This document shows, one piece after another, positions 51,397 to 60,463 of a DNA stretch of 64,000 nucleotides. Position 1 is the stretch's first letter; each line of letters begins with the position of its first letter. The notes beneath the pieces are model-generated. The model saw only the letters and a program-made list of their open reading frames with translations, was not told where the DNA came from and ran no database searches. The stretch is from NCBI GenBank assembly GCA_903873415.1, contig CAIQOK010000034.1, positions 43,962-107,961 on the forward strand, read 5' to 3'. A program made the translations under genes and the position numbers. The DNA is from an uncultured Verrucomicrobiota bacterium (GTDB lineage Bacteria > Verrucomicrobiota > Verrucomicrobiia > Limisphaerales > CAIQOK01).

Positions 51397-51752
51397 AAAA
51401 AGCAACTAATTGCTTGCGGCTGATTTCGAGTGTCGATCCGGCCGGGCAATGCAGGGGACGATATCACGAAACAGGTGAACCCGCTTGAAACATCCTGATG
51501 TTTCGGGATGCGGATGCGCCGGATACGGCTCGTTGAGGGTCCCATCTTTGCCTGTTTTCCAGGGAGCGCAGGCAAGTTGGATGGGTGACAAGTTCCGGAA
51601 CGGGTTTGAAATGCGGCTTGATTGAAGTGCCGATGAACGGTGCGAAATGACTGTTACCACCCCAGAACAAACCGGGAGAATTGCCGGGCCTTCAGGCCGC
51701 GGAAAGATTGCAATTTGATTTGCTGAGGGATGGGTGTTCATCCGCTTGGGTG

Positions 51753-53741
51753 TCAGGCCCGTTCCGGCGTCAGCTGTCCGGGTTTGGTTCCTGCCGTTTC
51801 GGGATGGAAATGCTCCAGTTCCTCGCCCTTGCGCACCAGCCGGGCGCTGTTGAAAACCACGATGAATGTTCCGGTCACGTGCAGCATGGATGCCATGATT
51901 GGACCGACCACGCCGAAGGCGGCCACCGTGAGTCCGCCGATGATGAAGACCACGCCGAAGGCGAAGTTCTGGTTGATGACCGTGCGGGTGCTGCGGGAGA
52001 GTTTCACCAGGAATGGCAGCCGTCGAAGATCATTGTTCATCAGCGCAATGGTGGCGCTGTGGATGGCCACCTCGCTGCCGGCGGCACCCATGGCGATGCC
52101 GATGTCGCCGGCGGCCAAGGCCGGAGCGTCGTTCACGCCGTCGCCGATGACCGCGACCTTGTAGCCCTTGGCTTTCATGGCGCGGACGAACTCCACCTTG
52201 TTCTGGGGCAGGCAATCGCCCTGCGCCTCTTCGCAGCCGATCTCAGCGGCCACGCGGGTGGCAACCACCTGACGGTCGCCCGAGATCATGGCGATCCGGC
52301 GCACTCCTGACTCCTTGAGTTCGAGGAGGGACTCGCGGGCTTCCGGGCGGGTTTTGTCCTGCATGCCTATCCAGCCGACACATTGGCCGTTGCGGGCCAC
52401 GAAGATCAAACTCCAGCCCTCGGTCTCGCCGAGGTCGACGGTTTTTTCAAACTCGCTGTCCACGTGGTTGTCCTTGAGCCATTGGGCCCGTCCCACAAGC
52501 ACCGTTGAGCCGTTGATCAGGGCCTGAACCCCTCGTCCGGCGGTTTCGGTGAAATCCTTCGGCTCCACCAATGGGACGCCGGCTTCGGCTGCGAGTTGGG
52601 CGAGCGCCTTGGCGGTGGGGTGGTTGCTATACTTTTCGGCGGACGCGGCCAGAAGGAGAAGTTCGGCAGGTTTGATGTCGCCAATGGGGGCAAGGCGGCT
52701 GACGGCCAGCTGCCCTGTGGTCAGTGTGCCGGTTTTGTCGAAGACGAAGGCGTTGATCTTAGCAGCCAGCTCAATATCGGCCACGTTCTTGATCAAGATC
52801 CCGAGGCGGGCGGCGGCGGAGAGTGCGGCTACCATCGCCGTTGGGGTCGCTAGAATGAAGGCGCAAGGGCATGAGACAACAAAGACCGAGATGACCCGGT
52901 TAAGGTCATGGGTGAAGGCCCAGACTAGGGCTCCAATGACCAGCACGAGGGGCGTGTAAAAGCCCATGTATTGGTCGACAATCTTCATGATCGGCAGCTT
53001 CGTCTGTTCGGCGGCCAAAATAAGTTCGCGAACCCGGCCTAAGGTGGTGTCGCTACCAGCCCGGCTGACTTTGATTTCCAGGACGCCAGTGAGGTTTTGT
53101 GTCCCGGCAAAAACTTCGTCGCCGGGTTTTTTGTCGGCGGGCAGCGATTCGCCGGTGATGGTCGCCTGATTAAAGGAGCCTTGGCCGCTGACAATCACCC
53201 CGTCAGCAGCCACGTTGTCGCCGGGCCGAATGCGGATGAGGTCCCCGATGGAAAGTTGGCTGGCGGCGATTTCCTCTTCGTTGCCGTCCTTCCTGATGCG
53301 TCGCGCCTTGGTGGGTGTGAGTTTGATGAGGGATTCAATGGAGTTGCGTGCGCCTTCGGCGGTGCGGGATTCGATCACCTCACCCATCAGCATGAAGAAG
53401 GCGACAATACCCGAGGTTTTGTAGTCGCCGGAGGCAAACGCGGCGAGCACCGCGATGGCTACCAGCTCGTTGATACTCAGGCGCCCGAGCCGCAAATCTT
53501 TGATGGCGGTGATGACGATGGGAGTGCCGAGAAGAATGGAGCCGAAGAATGCGCTGGCGCTGGCGACCGTGCCGCCCTGATCGAAGAGCCAGTCCACCAG
53601 AAATGCGTTGAGCACCAGCACCAGCCACTTCAGATCTAGGCTGGCGTGTTCGTGGTCATGCCCGCAGCCGCATTCAGGACCATGCTGGTGGGCAGGGTCG
53701 TGTCCGTGGTCGCGGTGGCTCAGGAGCGAGGTGACTTGCAT
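51753..53741 (-). CDS. heavy-metal-translocating P1B-type ATPase lacking an HMA domain
   Basis: 662 aa. TGES, the transmembrane motif SCPCAF (CPC), DKTGTLT, GDGVNDAP. The N-terminus is His/Cys-rich (HRDHGHDPAHQHGPECGCGHDHEH) in place of a ferredoxin-fold metal-binding domain. Confidence 0.9.
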   Translation of the reverse strand: MQVTSLLSHRDHGHDPAHQHGPECGCGHDHEHASLDLKWLVLVLNAFLVDWLFDQGGTVASASAFFGSILLGTPIVITAIKDLRLGRLSINELVAIAVLAAFASGDYKTSGIVAFFMLMGEVIESRTAEGARNSIESLIKLTPTKARRIRKDGNEEEIAASQLSIGDLIRIRPGDNVAADGVIVSGQGSFNQATITGESLPADKKPGDEVFAGTQNLTGVLEIKVSRAGSDTTLGRVRELILAAEQTKLPIMKIVDQYMGFYTPLVLVIGALVWAFTHDLNRVISVFVVSCPCAFILATPTAMVAALSAAARLGILIKNVADIELAAKINAFVFDKTGTLTTGQLAVSRLAPIGDIKPAELLLLAASAEKYSNHPTAKALAQLAAEAGVPLVEPKDFTETAGRGVQALINGSTVLVGRAQWLKDNHVDSEFEKTVDLGETEGWSLIFVARNGQCVGWIGMQDKTRPEARESLLELKESGVRRIAMISGDRQVVATRVAAEIGCEEAQGDCLPQNKVEFVRAMKAKGYKVAVIGDGVNDAPALAAGDIGIAMGAAGSEVAIHSATIALMNNDLRRLPFLVKLSRSTRTVINQNFAFGVVFIIGGLTVAAFGVVGPIMASMLHVTGTFIVVFNSARLVRKGEELEHFHPETAGTKPGQLTPERA

Positions 53742-53763
53742 ATCGCAGGGATGGAGGGCCGTG

Positions 53764-54849
53764 TTAGGGCTGGGGCGCGGGGGCCGAAGCCAGTTTCTGT
53801 TCGCGATTCAAGAGCAACCGCAGTTCGCGAGGTTTGCCGTCAGCCCGTTGGGGCAGGAAAATTTTGTCGGCCGCATTGGTCATTACGCGGCCGAGCGTCT
53901 CGAAGAGACGCTGTTGGCGGAACAGGTCTGGATCGCGTTGGTATTCGGGCAGGATGCTGGCAAATCGATCGGCTTGGCCGCTGACGTCTTTGACCAGCCG
54001 GTCGCGATCGTATTCCGCGAGGTTGATTTTGGACTCGGAATCGGCGCCGGCCTTGCTCAGGACTTGGTTTTGGTAGCTGCGGGCGTCATCCAAGAGTTTG
54101 CTGCGGGTGACTTGGGCTTTGAGCACGCTGGCGAAAGCGTCCTTCAATTGGCGCGGAGGAATACTGTCAGTGACTTGGCAGTTTTCCACCAAAACACCCA
54201 AATTCTGTTTCTCGAGCAGTTCGATGACCCGTTTGCGGACGGCATCCTGGAAACCGAATTTGTCGCGGTTCAGGATGTCATCGACTTTATAAATTGCCGA
54301 GGCGTAGACCAAGGCGTTGTTGAGCGCGTTTTGAACCACGTTCGATGCGTTGACAAAGCCGAAAATATACCGCACCGGATCTTCAATCCGATAAAACAGC
54401 GTGGCCCGGGAGTGGATGATGTTGGCGTCGGCGGTGATGGTATAGCCGTCCACAGCCGGGTTCAGGGATGGTCCGGGAGGGGGTTCGCTGCCGGCCTGTT
54501 CCTGTTCCGGCGTGGTGGCATACCAGCCCACGGTAGAGTTGGCTTTTTGAATTCCGGTGATGGAAATTCGCACATATTCGTCGATCGGGTAGGGGAACGA
54601 CCAATGCAAGCCTGGTCCCAGCAGGGCTTTTTGGCCTTCACCGACCGGTTTGCCGAAGCGCAGGATCATGGCGCGTTCGGCCGGTCCGACTTGGAAAAAG
54701 CCCGAGCCCAGAAACGCCACCACCATCAGCACCATGAGGACTTTGACGATGGCAAAACTACTATGCAGCGCGGCGGTCAGGGCTTGAGCGCCGGCATCCA
54801 CCGGGGTTTCGGGTGTGCCGTGGTCGTGAGATGGGGAGGAGGCGCTCAT
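53764..54849 (-). CDS. SPFH/Band-7 domain protein (HflK-like)
   Basis: 361 aa. One N-terminal TM, then ...VGPAERAMILRFGKPV...GPGLHWSFPYPID..., followed by a coiled-coil-prone C-terminus. Confidence 0.8.
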   Translation of the reverse strand: MSASSPSHDHGTPETPVDAGAQALTAALHSSFAIVKVLMVLMVVAFLGSGFFQVGPAERAMILRFGKPVGEGQKALLGPGLHWSFPYPIDEYVRISITGIQKANSTVGWYATTPEQEQAGSEPPPGPSLNPAVDGYTITADANIIHSRATLFYRIEDPVRYIFGFVNASNVVQNALNNALVYASAIYKVDDILNRDKFGFQDAVRKRVIELLEKQNLGVLVENCQVTDSIPPRQLKDAFASVLKAQVTRSKLLDDARSYQNQVLSKAGADSESKINLAEYDRDRLVKDVSGQADRFASILPEYQRDPDLFRQQRLFETLGRVMTNAADKIFLPQRADGKPRELRLLLNREQKLASAPAPQP

Positions 54850-54975
54850 GATGAATAATAAAACATTGATCTCCAGGCCGTGAACCCAGGGGCGCGCAAG
54901 AGGGCACTCCAGGTGCTTTTCATGCCCGGAGTCAGGCGGTCGCGGGTCAATTTCAGGGGGTTCATTATCGGGGCT

Positions 54976-55878
54976 TCATTTCACAACCGCTCCGGCTGCC
55001 GGGCCGCGTAACAAATCAAAGGGAGGTGTCTGCTGGTCGAAAATCAAGGTTGACCGGTCCTTGAGGGAGTCTTCCAAAGCACTCAGGCGGAAGAGGAAGC
55101 TGGCGAGCTGCGGGTTCTGCTGGAAGACGGCCAGGGATTTGGCGGCTTCGGCCTCGCCCTTGCCGCGGATCTGGGTGGCCTGGCCTTCGGCGGCCGTGAG
55201 CATTTTCGAGGCTTGGAGTTCTGCCGCGGAGCGGATTATTTGAGCTTGGGCCTCGCCCTCGAATTGAGAACGGCTGATGAGCACCTGGCGCTCCGAGGTC
55301 ATTCGCTCGAAAACAGACTGGGTCACGCTGTCGGGAAAACCGAGCTTCTTGATGCCGAGGAACTCGAAGCTCACCCCGTAGCTGTTCGCCCGCACCTGGG
55401 TTTGGATGGAATCGAGGATTTCCCTTTCAATGGCGGTGAATTTGGAACCTTCACCGCTGGCGGAAACGAAGTCGGCCAAGGGATGCTTGCCGATGATGGA
55501 GCGCTTGGTGCTGGTGACCAAGCCTTCCAGAACCTTTTGGGCCTCGTTCACCGAGCCGCCGAACTTGGGGAAAAAGCTTTTGGGCTCCGTGATTTGCCAG
55601 CCCACGTAGACCATCGTCATCAGGCTGTTATTGTCCGCAGTGAGGTCCTCGGTGAACTTGTCCTCGAAATGCTGCACCGGCTTTTCGAAGAAATACACTT
55701 TCTGGATGGGCCAGGGCAGCTTGCAGTAGGGGCCGGCGTTGGTGATGCTCTCGCTGGCCTTTCCGAAAGTGGTGACCACGGCGACCTGTGTCGTGCGGAC
55801 CTGGAAGGTGAAGAGGAGGAGCGCAAAAATGACGATCAGCAGCGTGCCGATGACCAGAGTGAGGGGGTTGCGGTTCAT
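54976..55878 (-). CDS. SPFH/Band-7 domain protein (HflC-like)
   Basis: 300 aa. N-terminal TM, ...VRTTQVAVVTTFGK...GPYCKLPWPIQKVYFF..., and an Ala/Glu-rich coiled coil (...EGEAQAQIIRSAAELQASK...). Confidence 0.8.
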   Translation of the reverse strand: MNRNPLTLVIGTLLIVIFALLLFTFQVRTTQVAVVTTFGKASESITNAGPYCKLPWPIQKVYFFEKPVQHFEDKFTEDLTADNNSLMTMVYVGWQITEPKSFFPKFGGSVNEAQKVLEGLVTSTKRSIIGKHPLADFVSASGEGSKFTAIEREILDSIQTQVRANSYGVSFEFLGIKKLGFPDSVTQSVFERMTSERQVLISRSQFEGEAQAQIIRSAAELQASKMLTAAEGQATQIRGKGEAEAAKSLAVFQQNPQLASFLFRLSALEDSLKDRSTLIFDQQTPPFDLLRGPAAGAVVK

Positions 55879-55883
55879 GGGGG

Positions 55884-57761
55884 TTAATTCTTGGGCTTGA
55901 CGCTCAGGCCTTCCAACAGGTCGGCCCGGATTTTGTCCTGCAGGTCGAAGACGATCACATCCTGAGTGTTGGTGGTCAGGATGATATACTTGCGGGCACC
56001 GGCGGTGGCGCGGGCGAAGGTTTTGAGATAGGACCGTTCGGTGTAGACCGAGGGGGCGGCCTGCATGGAGGGGATTTGATTGGTGAACAGTGCCGCTTGG
56101 GCCAGGGCGCCAATCTCGCGTCCGTTGCGGTAGGCGGCGGCTTGGTTCAAGAGGTTGGTCGCCGCGGCACTGGCCAAGGCGTTGGTTTTGATGTCGTCGG
56201 CCTGTGCGCGGAGGATTTTGGCGTGCTTGGTCTGGATGGCGGCGATCACTTTTTCATAATCCGGGGCCACTTTCACCGGTGGATGGATGTCCTGCAATCC
56301 GACAAAGAGGATTTTCACGCCCAGTCCCCGCTCCGAGGCGGCGGCTTGAATGCCGCGGCGCAGTGTTTCGGCGGTGTTCAGGCGTTCGCGGGACATGATC
56401 TCGTTCAAATCGGCGCTGACAAACTGCCGTACCACTTCGCGGGTGGCTAGATCCTGCAGCAGGACCGCCGCCGCATCGTTGTTGTAAGCCCAGTCCAGCA
56501 GGTTGGTGATCTGGAACTGCACCGGGATGCTGACCGTAAGGAGGCTGACCGGGGGTGTGTGTCTGGAGGTAGAGTTGTTGGTTCGTGCCAGTGGATTCTG
56601 GTCGCGGTTGGCAACGAGGAAGTTCTCTTCCCTAGCATGAGCGACGGTCCAGACAACGGTGGGCTGGTTTTCCAGCTGAGGGTCCGGGGTGAATCCGACA
56701 TTGAAGGTTTGAATCTGTTCGGTCCGGTAGCGGTAGACCTGGTCCACCGGCCAAGGCCATTTCAAGTGCGCGCCGGGATCCAGCAGCGTGTTTGTCCCGA
56801 CACTCCTGCCGAAGCGCTCCAGCAGCCCTTGCTCGCCGGGTTCTATGAAGACCACGCTGGTGGAGAGAATCAATGCGCCTAATTGCAGCAGGAGCACCCA
56901 GGCCAAGGCCTGCTCAAAAAACTTATAGACCCAAGTCTCTGAGACTTTGAAACCGAACTGGTAGTCAAGGGCCTGTGCCGCCGTTGTAAACAGGCCCTCA
57001 GGCTGCCCCAAGAGGCCCACCAAGCGGCTCTCGTAAAGCGGCCGCGTGATTTTGCCCCGTACGCGAGGTCGGTAAATTTCCAGCACCAGATGGATGAGCG
57101 TCTCTGCGGACACCAGTCCCAAGAGTCCGCATAAGCCGCGGGCGACCCACAAGTCTGCCTGTGGAAACCCTGCTTCAACACCCACGGTGGCCAGTGCGGC
57201 AATGAAACAGAAATAGGCGCCGAGTAAAACCCAGCTTGCACCAGGCCGCAGCAGGCGGTGGTTTTCGAGCCGTGCGATGGTGGCGGAGAATTTACCCAGC
57301 AGGAACAGGATTAGTGCAAACAGCCCGAATAAGGCCAGGGCCACGGTCGGTTGCTTAACCGTTGTGGATGCGGCGGTCTGGTCCATCCAGCGCCAAAGCA
57401 GGAAGGCACCGGACACTTGCACTGCGAGCAGGACGGCTGTAAAGGCGGGGACAAAGAAACGCTCGAACTGTTCGCGCGACCGCTGTGCGGGGAAGAGTTC
57501 GGAGTCTTGGCTTTCAAAGAGGGTCGAGCCCGCCTTGGTTTTGGCCAGTTCTTCCAGTTCGAGCTTCTCCAGCCGTTCTGCTTCCTCCAGGCGCATTTGG
57601 AACCAGCTGACGGCGGCGACGAGAGTCCCGAGGCCTAAAAAAAACGAACATAGTTGTCCGGCAAGCGAGAGGGTCAGGCGCGCGACGGCAAAACCCGCCA
57701 AGCCCACTGCGAGCAGGGCCAGCAGGTTGATCAAACCGTTTTTTTGTATGCTTCGTTGCAC
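55884..57761 (-). CDS. polytopic membrane protein with a C-terminal SPFH/Band-7 domain
   Basis: 625 aa. The first ~300 aa contain about 7 predicted TM helices. They are followed by ...IEPGEQGLLERFGRSV...GAHLKWPWPVDQVYRY... (SPFH core). Its stop lies 5 nt before the next SPFH gene. Confidence 0.75.
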   Translation of the reverse strand: MQRSIQKNGLINLLALLAVGLAGFAVARLTLSLAGQLCSFFLGLGTLVAAVSWFQMRLEEAERLEKLELEELAKTKAGSTLFESQDSELFPAQRSREQFERFFVPAFTAVLLAVQVSGAFLLWRWMDQTAASTTVKQPTVALALFGLFALILFLLGKFSATIARLENHRLLRPGASWVLLGAYFCFIAALATVGVEAGFPQADLWVARGLCGLLGLVSAETLIHLVLEIYRPRVRGKITRPLYESRLVGLLGQPEGLFTTAAQALDYQFGFKVSETWVYKFFEQALAWVLLLQLGALILSTSVVFIEPGEQGLLERFGRSVGTNTLLDPGAHLKWPWPVDQVYRYRTEQIQTFNVGFTPDPQLENQPTVVWTVAHAREENFLVANRDQNPLARTNNSTSRHTPPVSLLTVSIPVQFQITNLLDWAYNNDAAAVLLQDLATREVVRQFVSADLNEIMSRERLNTAETLRRGIQAAASERGLGVKILFVGLQDIHPPVKVAPDYEKVIAAIQTKHAKILRAQADDIKTNALASAAATNLLNQAAAYRNGREIGALAQAALFTNQIPSMQAAPSVYTERSYLKTFARATAGARKYIILTTNTQDVIVFDLQDKIRADLLEGLSVKPKN

Positions 57762-57839
57762 GGGAATTAAAAATTAAACGGACCCAACGGGTGTTGCCCA
57801 GACACAGGGGCCGGGGGTTCAGTCAGTTTCGCCACAGGT

Positions 57840-58802
57840 TCAACTCAGTTCACGATCTTCAAACAGTAACACGGACAAACACAGCGCCGCTCCCGCATAG
57901 CCGGCGGCATAGCCAAACGCCTGTCCGACGTAGCCCCAGAAGGAGCGAGTCTGGTCCGAAGCCAAGGCGTCGGCCAGCCAAAAAAGCTGCCAATTCGGGG
58001 TCACGGTGTAAAGCACCGACGCCCACGCGGCGCCCGCCGAGGCCGGTCGGCCAAAAAGATAGTCCGACATGAGCCCGATCAGAAAGAAGGCCGAACAGAT
58101 CGATAAGGTAGGAATCATATCGAGCCGGGTTGAGCATGCCAGAGCCAAGGCCGCCAGCATCCACAGCGCAAAGAGGATTAGTATGCCGGCGGGGACAAAG
58201 CGCCAGTCCACCCGGGCCAGTTCGCCCATCGTTTGGGTCTGGGTGGTGAATTGGAAGATGGCAAATGCCGCCAGAGTCACTGCGATCAAAAGCGAGAAAA
58301 AGGTGTCGCTAACAAAGGGGCGGCGCAGAAAGAAGTTGCTGAAGCCGCCCGCCGCATAGGCAGCCATTACTCCGCCGGCAAAAATCCCCACCGCACCAAG
58401 ATCGGTCCGGCCGTAGGCGTCAAACACCATCCTGCTGGAAATTAGAGCGGCGACCAGATTGACATAGGTCATCAGGGTCAGTGCCATGATCAGGCCGGTA
58501 TATTTGGCGAGCAGGAATTGCGCGCGCCCCACAGGCTTGGAGAGCACGGCCAAGGCGGTGCCGGAACGCAGCTCCCGGGCCAGTGAGGCTGAGGCGCTTA
58601 AAACCGCGCCGAACAGGCCCGAGAGCAGCATGACGGCCAAAACGCTGTTTTTCACCAGCTTAGGCTCGTCGCCAAAAGCGAAATAATAGGGAGTCGCCAG
58701 AAAAATCTCAAAAACGGCCGAGGCGGTCGTCAGCAGCAAAAAAACGGGCTGGCGGACCAGCTCCATAAAGGCGTTGAGGGCAATGGTTGCAAACTGTCGC
58801 AT
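57840..58802 (-). CDS. ABC-2-type permease-like membrane protein
   Basis: 320 aa with about 8 TM helices. The N-terminus MRQFATIALNAFMELVRQPVFLLL...LSKPVGRAQFLLAKY... resembles the permease at 48691-50079 (...KAAFRFRLFL...AVKPIGRWQIWLGKW...). Confidence 0.6.
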   Translation of the reverse strand: MRQFATIALNAFMELVRQPVFLLLTTASAVFEIFLATPYYFAFGDEPKLVKNSVLAVMLLSGLFGAVLSASASLARELRSGTALAVLSKPVGRAQFLLAKYTGLIMALTLMTYVNLVAALISSRMVFDAYGRTDLGAVGIFAGGVMAAYAAGGFSNFFLRRPFVSDTFFSLLIAVTLAAFAIFQFTTQTQTMGELARVDWRFVPAGILILFALWMLAALALACSTRLDMIPTLSICSAFFLIGLMSDYLFGRPASAGAAWASVLYTVTPNWQLFWLADALASDQTRSFWGYVGQAFGYAAGYAGAALCLSVLLFEDRELS

Positions 58803-58846
58803 TTGATCGCCCAGAGAGTATGAATCATCAGGGTTTTTGCCAACGG

Positions 58847-59491
58847 TTATTCTTGCCCTGTCTTGCTGTCGTCGGCGTGACTGGCAGGCAAAGGGGCCGT
58901 CAGACAGGTCAAGGGCGGAAGTTGCGCCAGCAGAAACCGCATCACGGTGTCGCCGTGTTTGAGCAGTTTTCTCTCGTGCCAGGCTTCCGTGATTTCGAGG
59001 GTGTCCCGCTTGGTGTGGCCCAACACCAGCAAGCCGTCCTGCGCCAGCAGGCGTGGCAGGTGGATATCGTCGAGAATTTGCTGCGCCAGAGAGGTGGAGC
59101 GGCGGCCGATGTTTTTTTCGCCGTAAGGCGGATCGGCGAGGATCAGGTCGAACTTTTGTCCTTTTTCCGCCAGTTGTTTCATTGCCGGAAAGACGTCTTG
59201 GGTGCGCACCTCAAGCTGGGCGGCGTAGCCTGCTGCTGCGGCGTTGCTGCGGATGAATTCGGCGTGGCGGTGGGATTTTTCAACTCCCAGAACCGCGGTG
59301 GCGCCGCGGCTCAAACATTCCAAACTCAGTGCGCCGCTGCCGGCGAACAGTTCCAGCACCCGGGCGGCCACGACCCGTTCGCCCAGACTGTTGAATACGG
59401 CCTGTTTTACCAAGTCTGGTGTGGGGCGCACGTCCAGTCCCTTTGGAACCTTCAATAGTTTCCCGCCTGAGTGTCCTCCGGTGATGCGCAT
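58847..59491 (-). CDS. rsmD: 16S rRNA (guanine966-N2)-methyltransferase RsmD
   Basis: 214 aa. MRITGG..GG..L.VP....RPT.D.V..A.FN and the N6-MTase motif LADPPYG. There is a C-terminal extension of about 25 aa. Confidence 0.85.
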   Translation of the reverse strand: MRITGGHSGGKLLKVPKGLDVRPTPDLVKQAVFNSLGERVVAARVLELFAGSGALSLECLSRGATAVLGVEKSHRHAEFIRSNAAAAGYAAQLEVRTQDVFPAMKQLAEKGQKFDLILADPPYGEKNIGRRSTSLAQQILDDIHLPRLLAQDGLLVLGHTKRDTLEITEAWHERKLLKHGDTVMRFLLAQLPPLTCLTAPLPASHADDSKTGQE

Positions 59492-59603
59492 GTGTTATAA
59501 AGCCAAGGATTGGCAGGGGTTCAACAAGGGTGAAAGAGACTGGGCCGGCAGTAAAAGGTTTTGGTTCATTCCATCGGGACGCTGCCGTATTGGGAAAATC
59601 AGC

Positions 59604-60380
59604 CTACTTGAAAATCTCGGCGAGGAACTGCTGCAGATCCATCCAGGACCGTTGGTCGGCGAGGGCGTTGTAGGCGGCTCCATTCGAATTATCGTTTCCA
59701 GTCGCCGGCTGGGTGAAACCATGCACAGCGCCGCCATATTTGATCAAACGCCAGTCCACCTTGGCGGAACGCAGCTCGCTTTCAAAGGCCGACAGGTCCT
59801 CGGCCTTCTGGAAGGGGTCGTCAGCACCGTGACAGACTAGTATTTTGCACCGGATGTTTTTGCCGTCGGCCGGCGCGGGGGAATCCAGCCCGCCGTGAAA
59901 GCTGACAACGCCGTTCAAATCCGCGCCGCTGCGTGCCAGTTCGAGCACCGTTGTGCCGCCGAAGCAATAGCCGATTGCAGCGAGGCACCGGGAGTCGACC
60001 TGTTCACTGTTTTTGAGCAGGTTCAGGCCGGCATTGACGCGGTTGCGCAACAAGGCCCGGTTGGTTTTGTATTTGGTGGCTTCGATTCCGGCTTCCCGAG
60101 TGGTATGCGGCCGGATATCCTTGCCGTAAATGTCGGAGCAGAAGGCCACATAGCCCAGCCTTGCGAGCATTTCAGCGCGGTGTTTTTCATAAGCTGTAAG
60201 ACCGAGCCATTGGTGAACGATGAGCACGCCGGGCCGTTTGGCGTGGATAGAATCATCATAGGCCAGCCAGCCCTGCAGCGGGGTTTCGCTTTGCTGATAG
60301 TCGACTGTTTCGGTGCGCAGCTCCGCCCGGGTTACCAAGGCGCATCCTGCCAGAGCAATCGTTGCGAGGAGAGTTTTCAT
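59604..60380 (-). CDS. secreted dienelactone hydrolase family protein
   Basis: 258 aa. Signal peptide MKTLLATIALAGCALVTRA, and a nucleophile elbow GYCFGG (Cys-type, as in DLH). Confidence 0.85.
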   Translation of the reverse strand: MKTLLATIALAGCALVTRAELRTETVDYQQSETPLQGWLAYDDSIHAKRPGVLIVHQWLGLTAYEKHRAEMLARLGYVAFCSDIYGKDIRPHTTREAGIEATKYKTNRALLRNRVNAGLNLLKNSEQVDSRCLAAIGYCFGGTTVLELARSGADLNGVVSFHGGLDSPAPADGKNIRCKILVCHGADDPFQKAEDLSAFESELRSAKVDWRLIKYGGAVHGFTQPATGNDNSNGAAYNALADQRSWMDLQQFLAEIFK

Positions 60381-60463
60381 GGTTTTATCTTAGCCGCACC
60401 CCAGCTCCAAGGCCAGCTTGAAGCAGGCCGGAACAAAGTATAGACAAAGAGCGATAGGGCAAG

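Noticed and set aside
51406-51741. A 111-aa ORF that exactly fills the gap between the P-type ATPase and the ABC ATPase on the minus strand.
   Set aside because: It uses TCA and other A/T-ending codons heavily, and these are nearly absent from genuine genes here. It is Pro/Ser-rich with no hydrophobic core or motifs. The region is more likely a 350-bp promoter/leader for the ABC operon. It contains a GAAACATC/GATGTTTC hairpin at 51487-51504.
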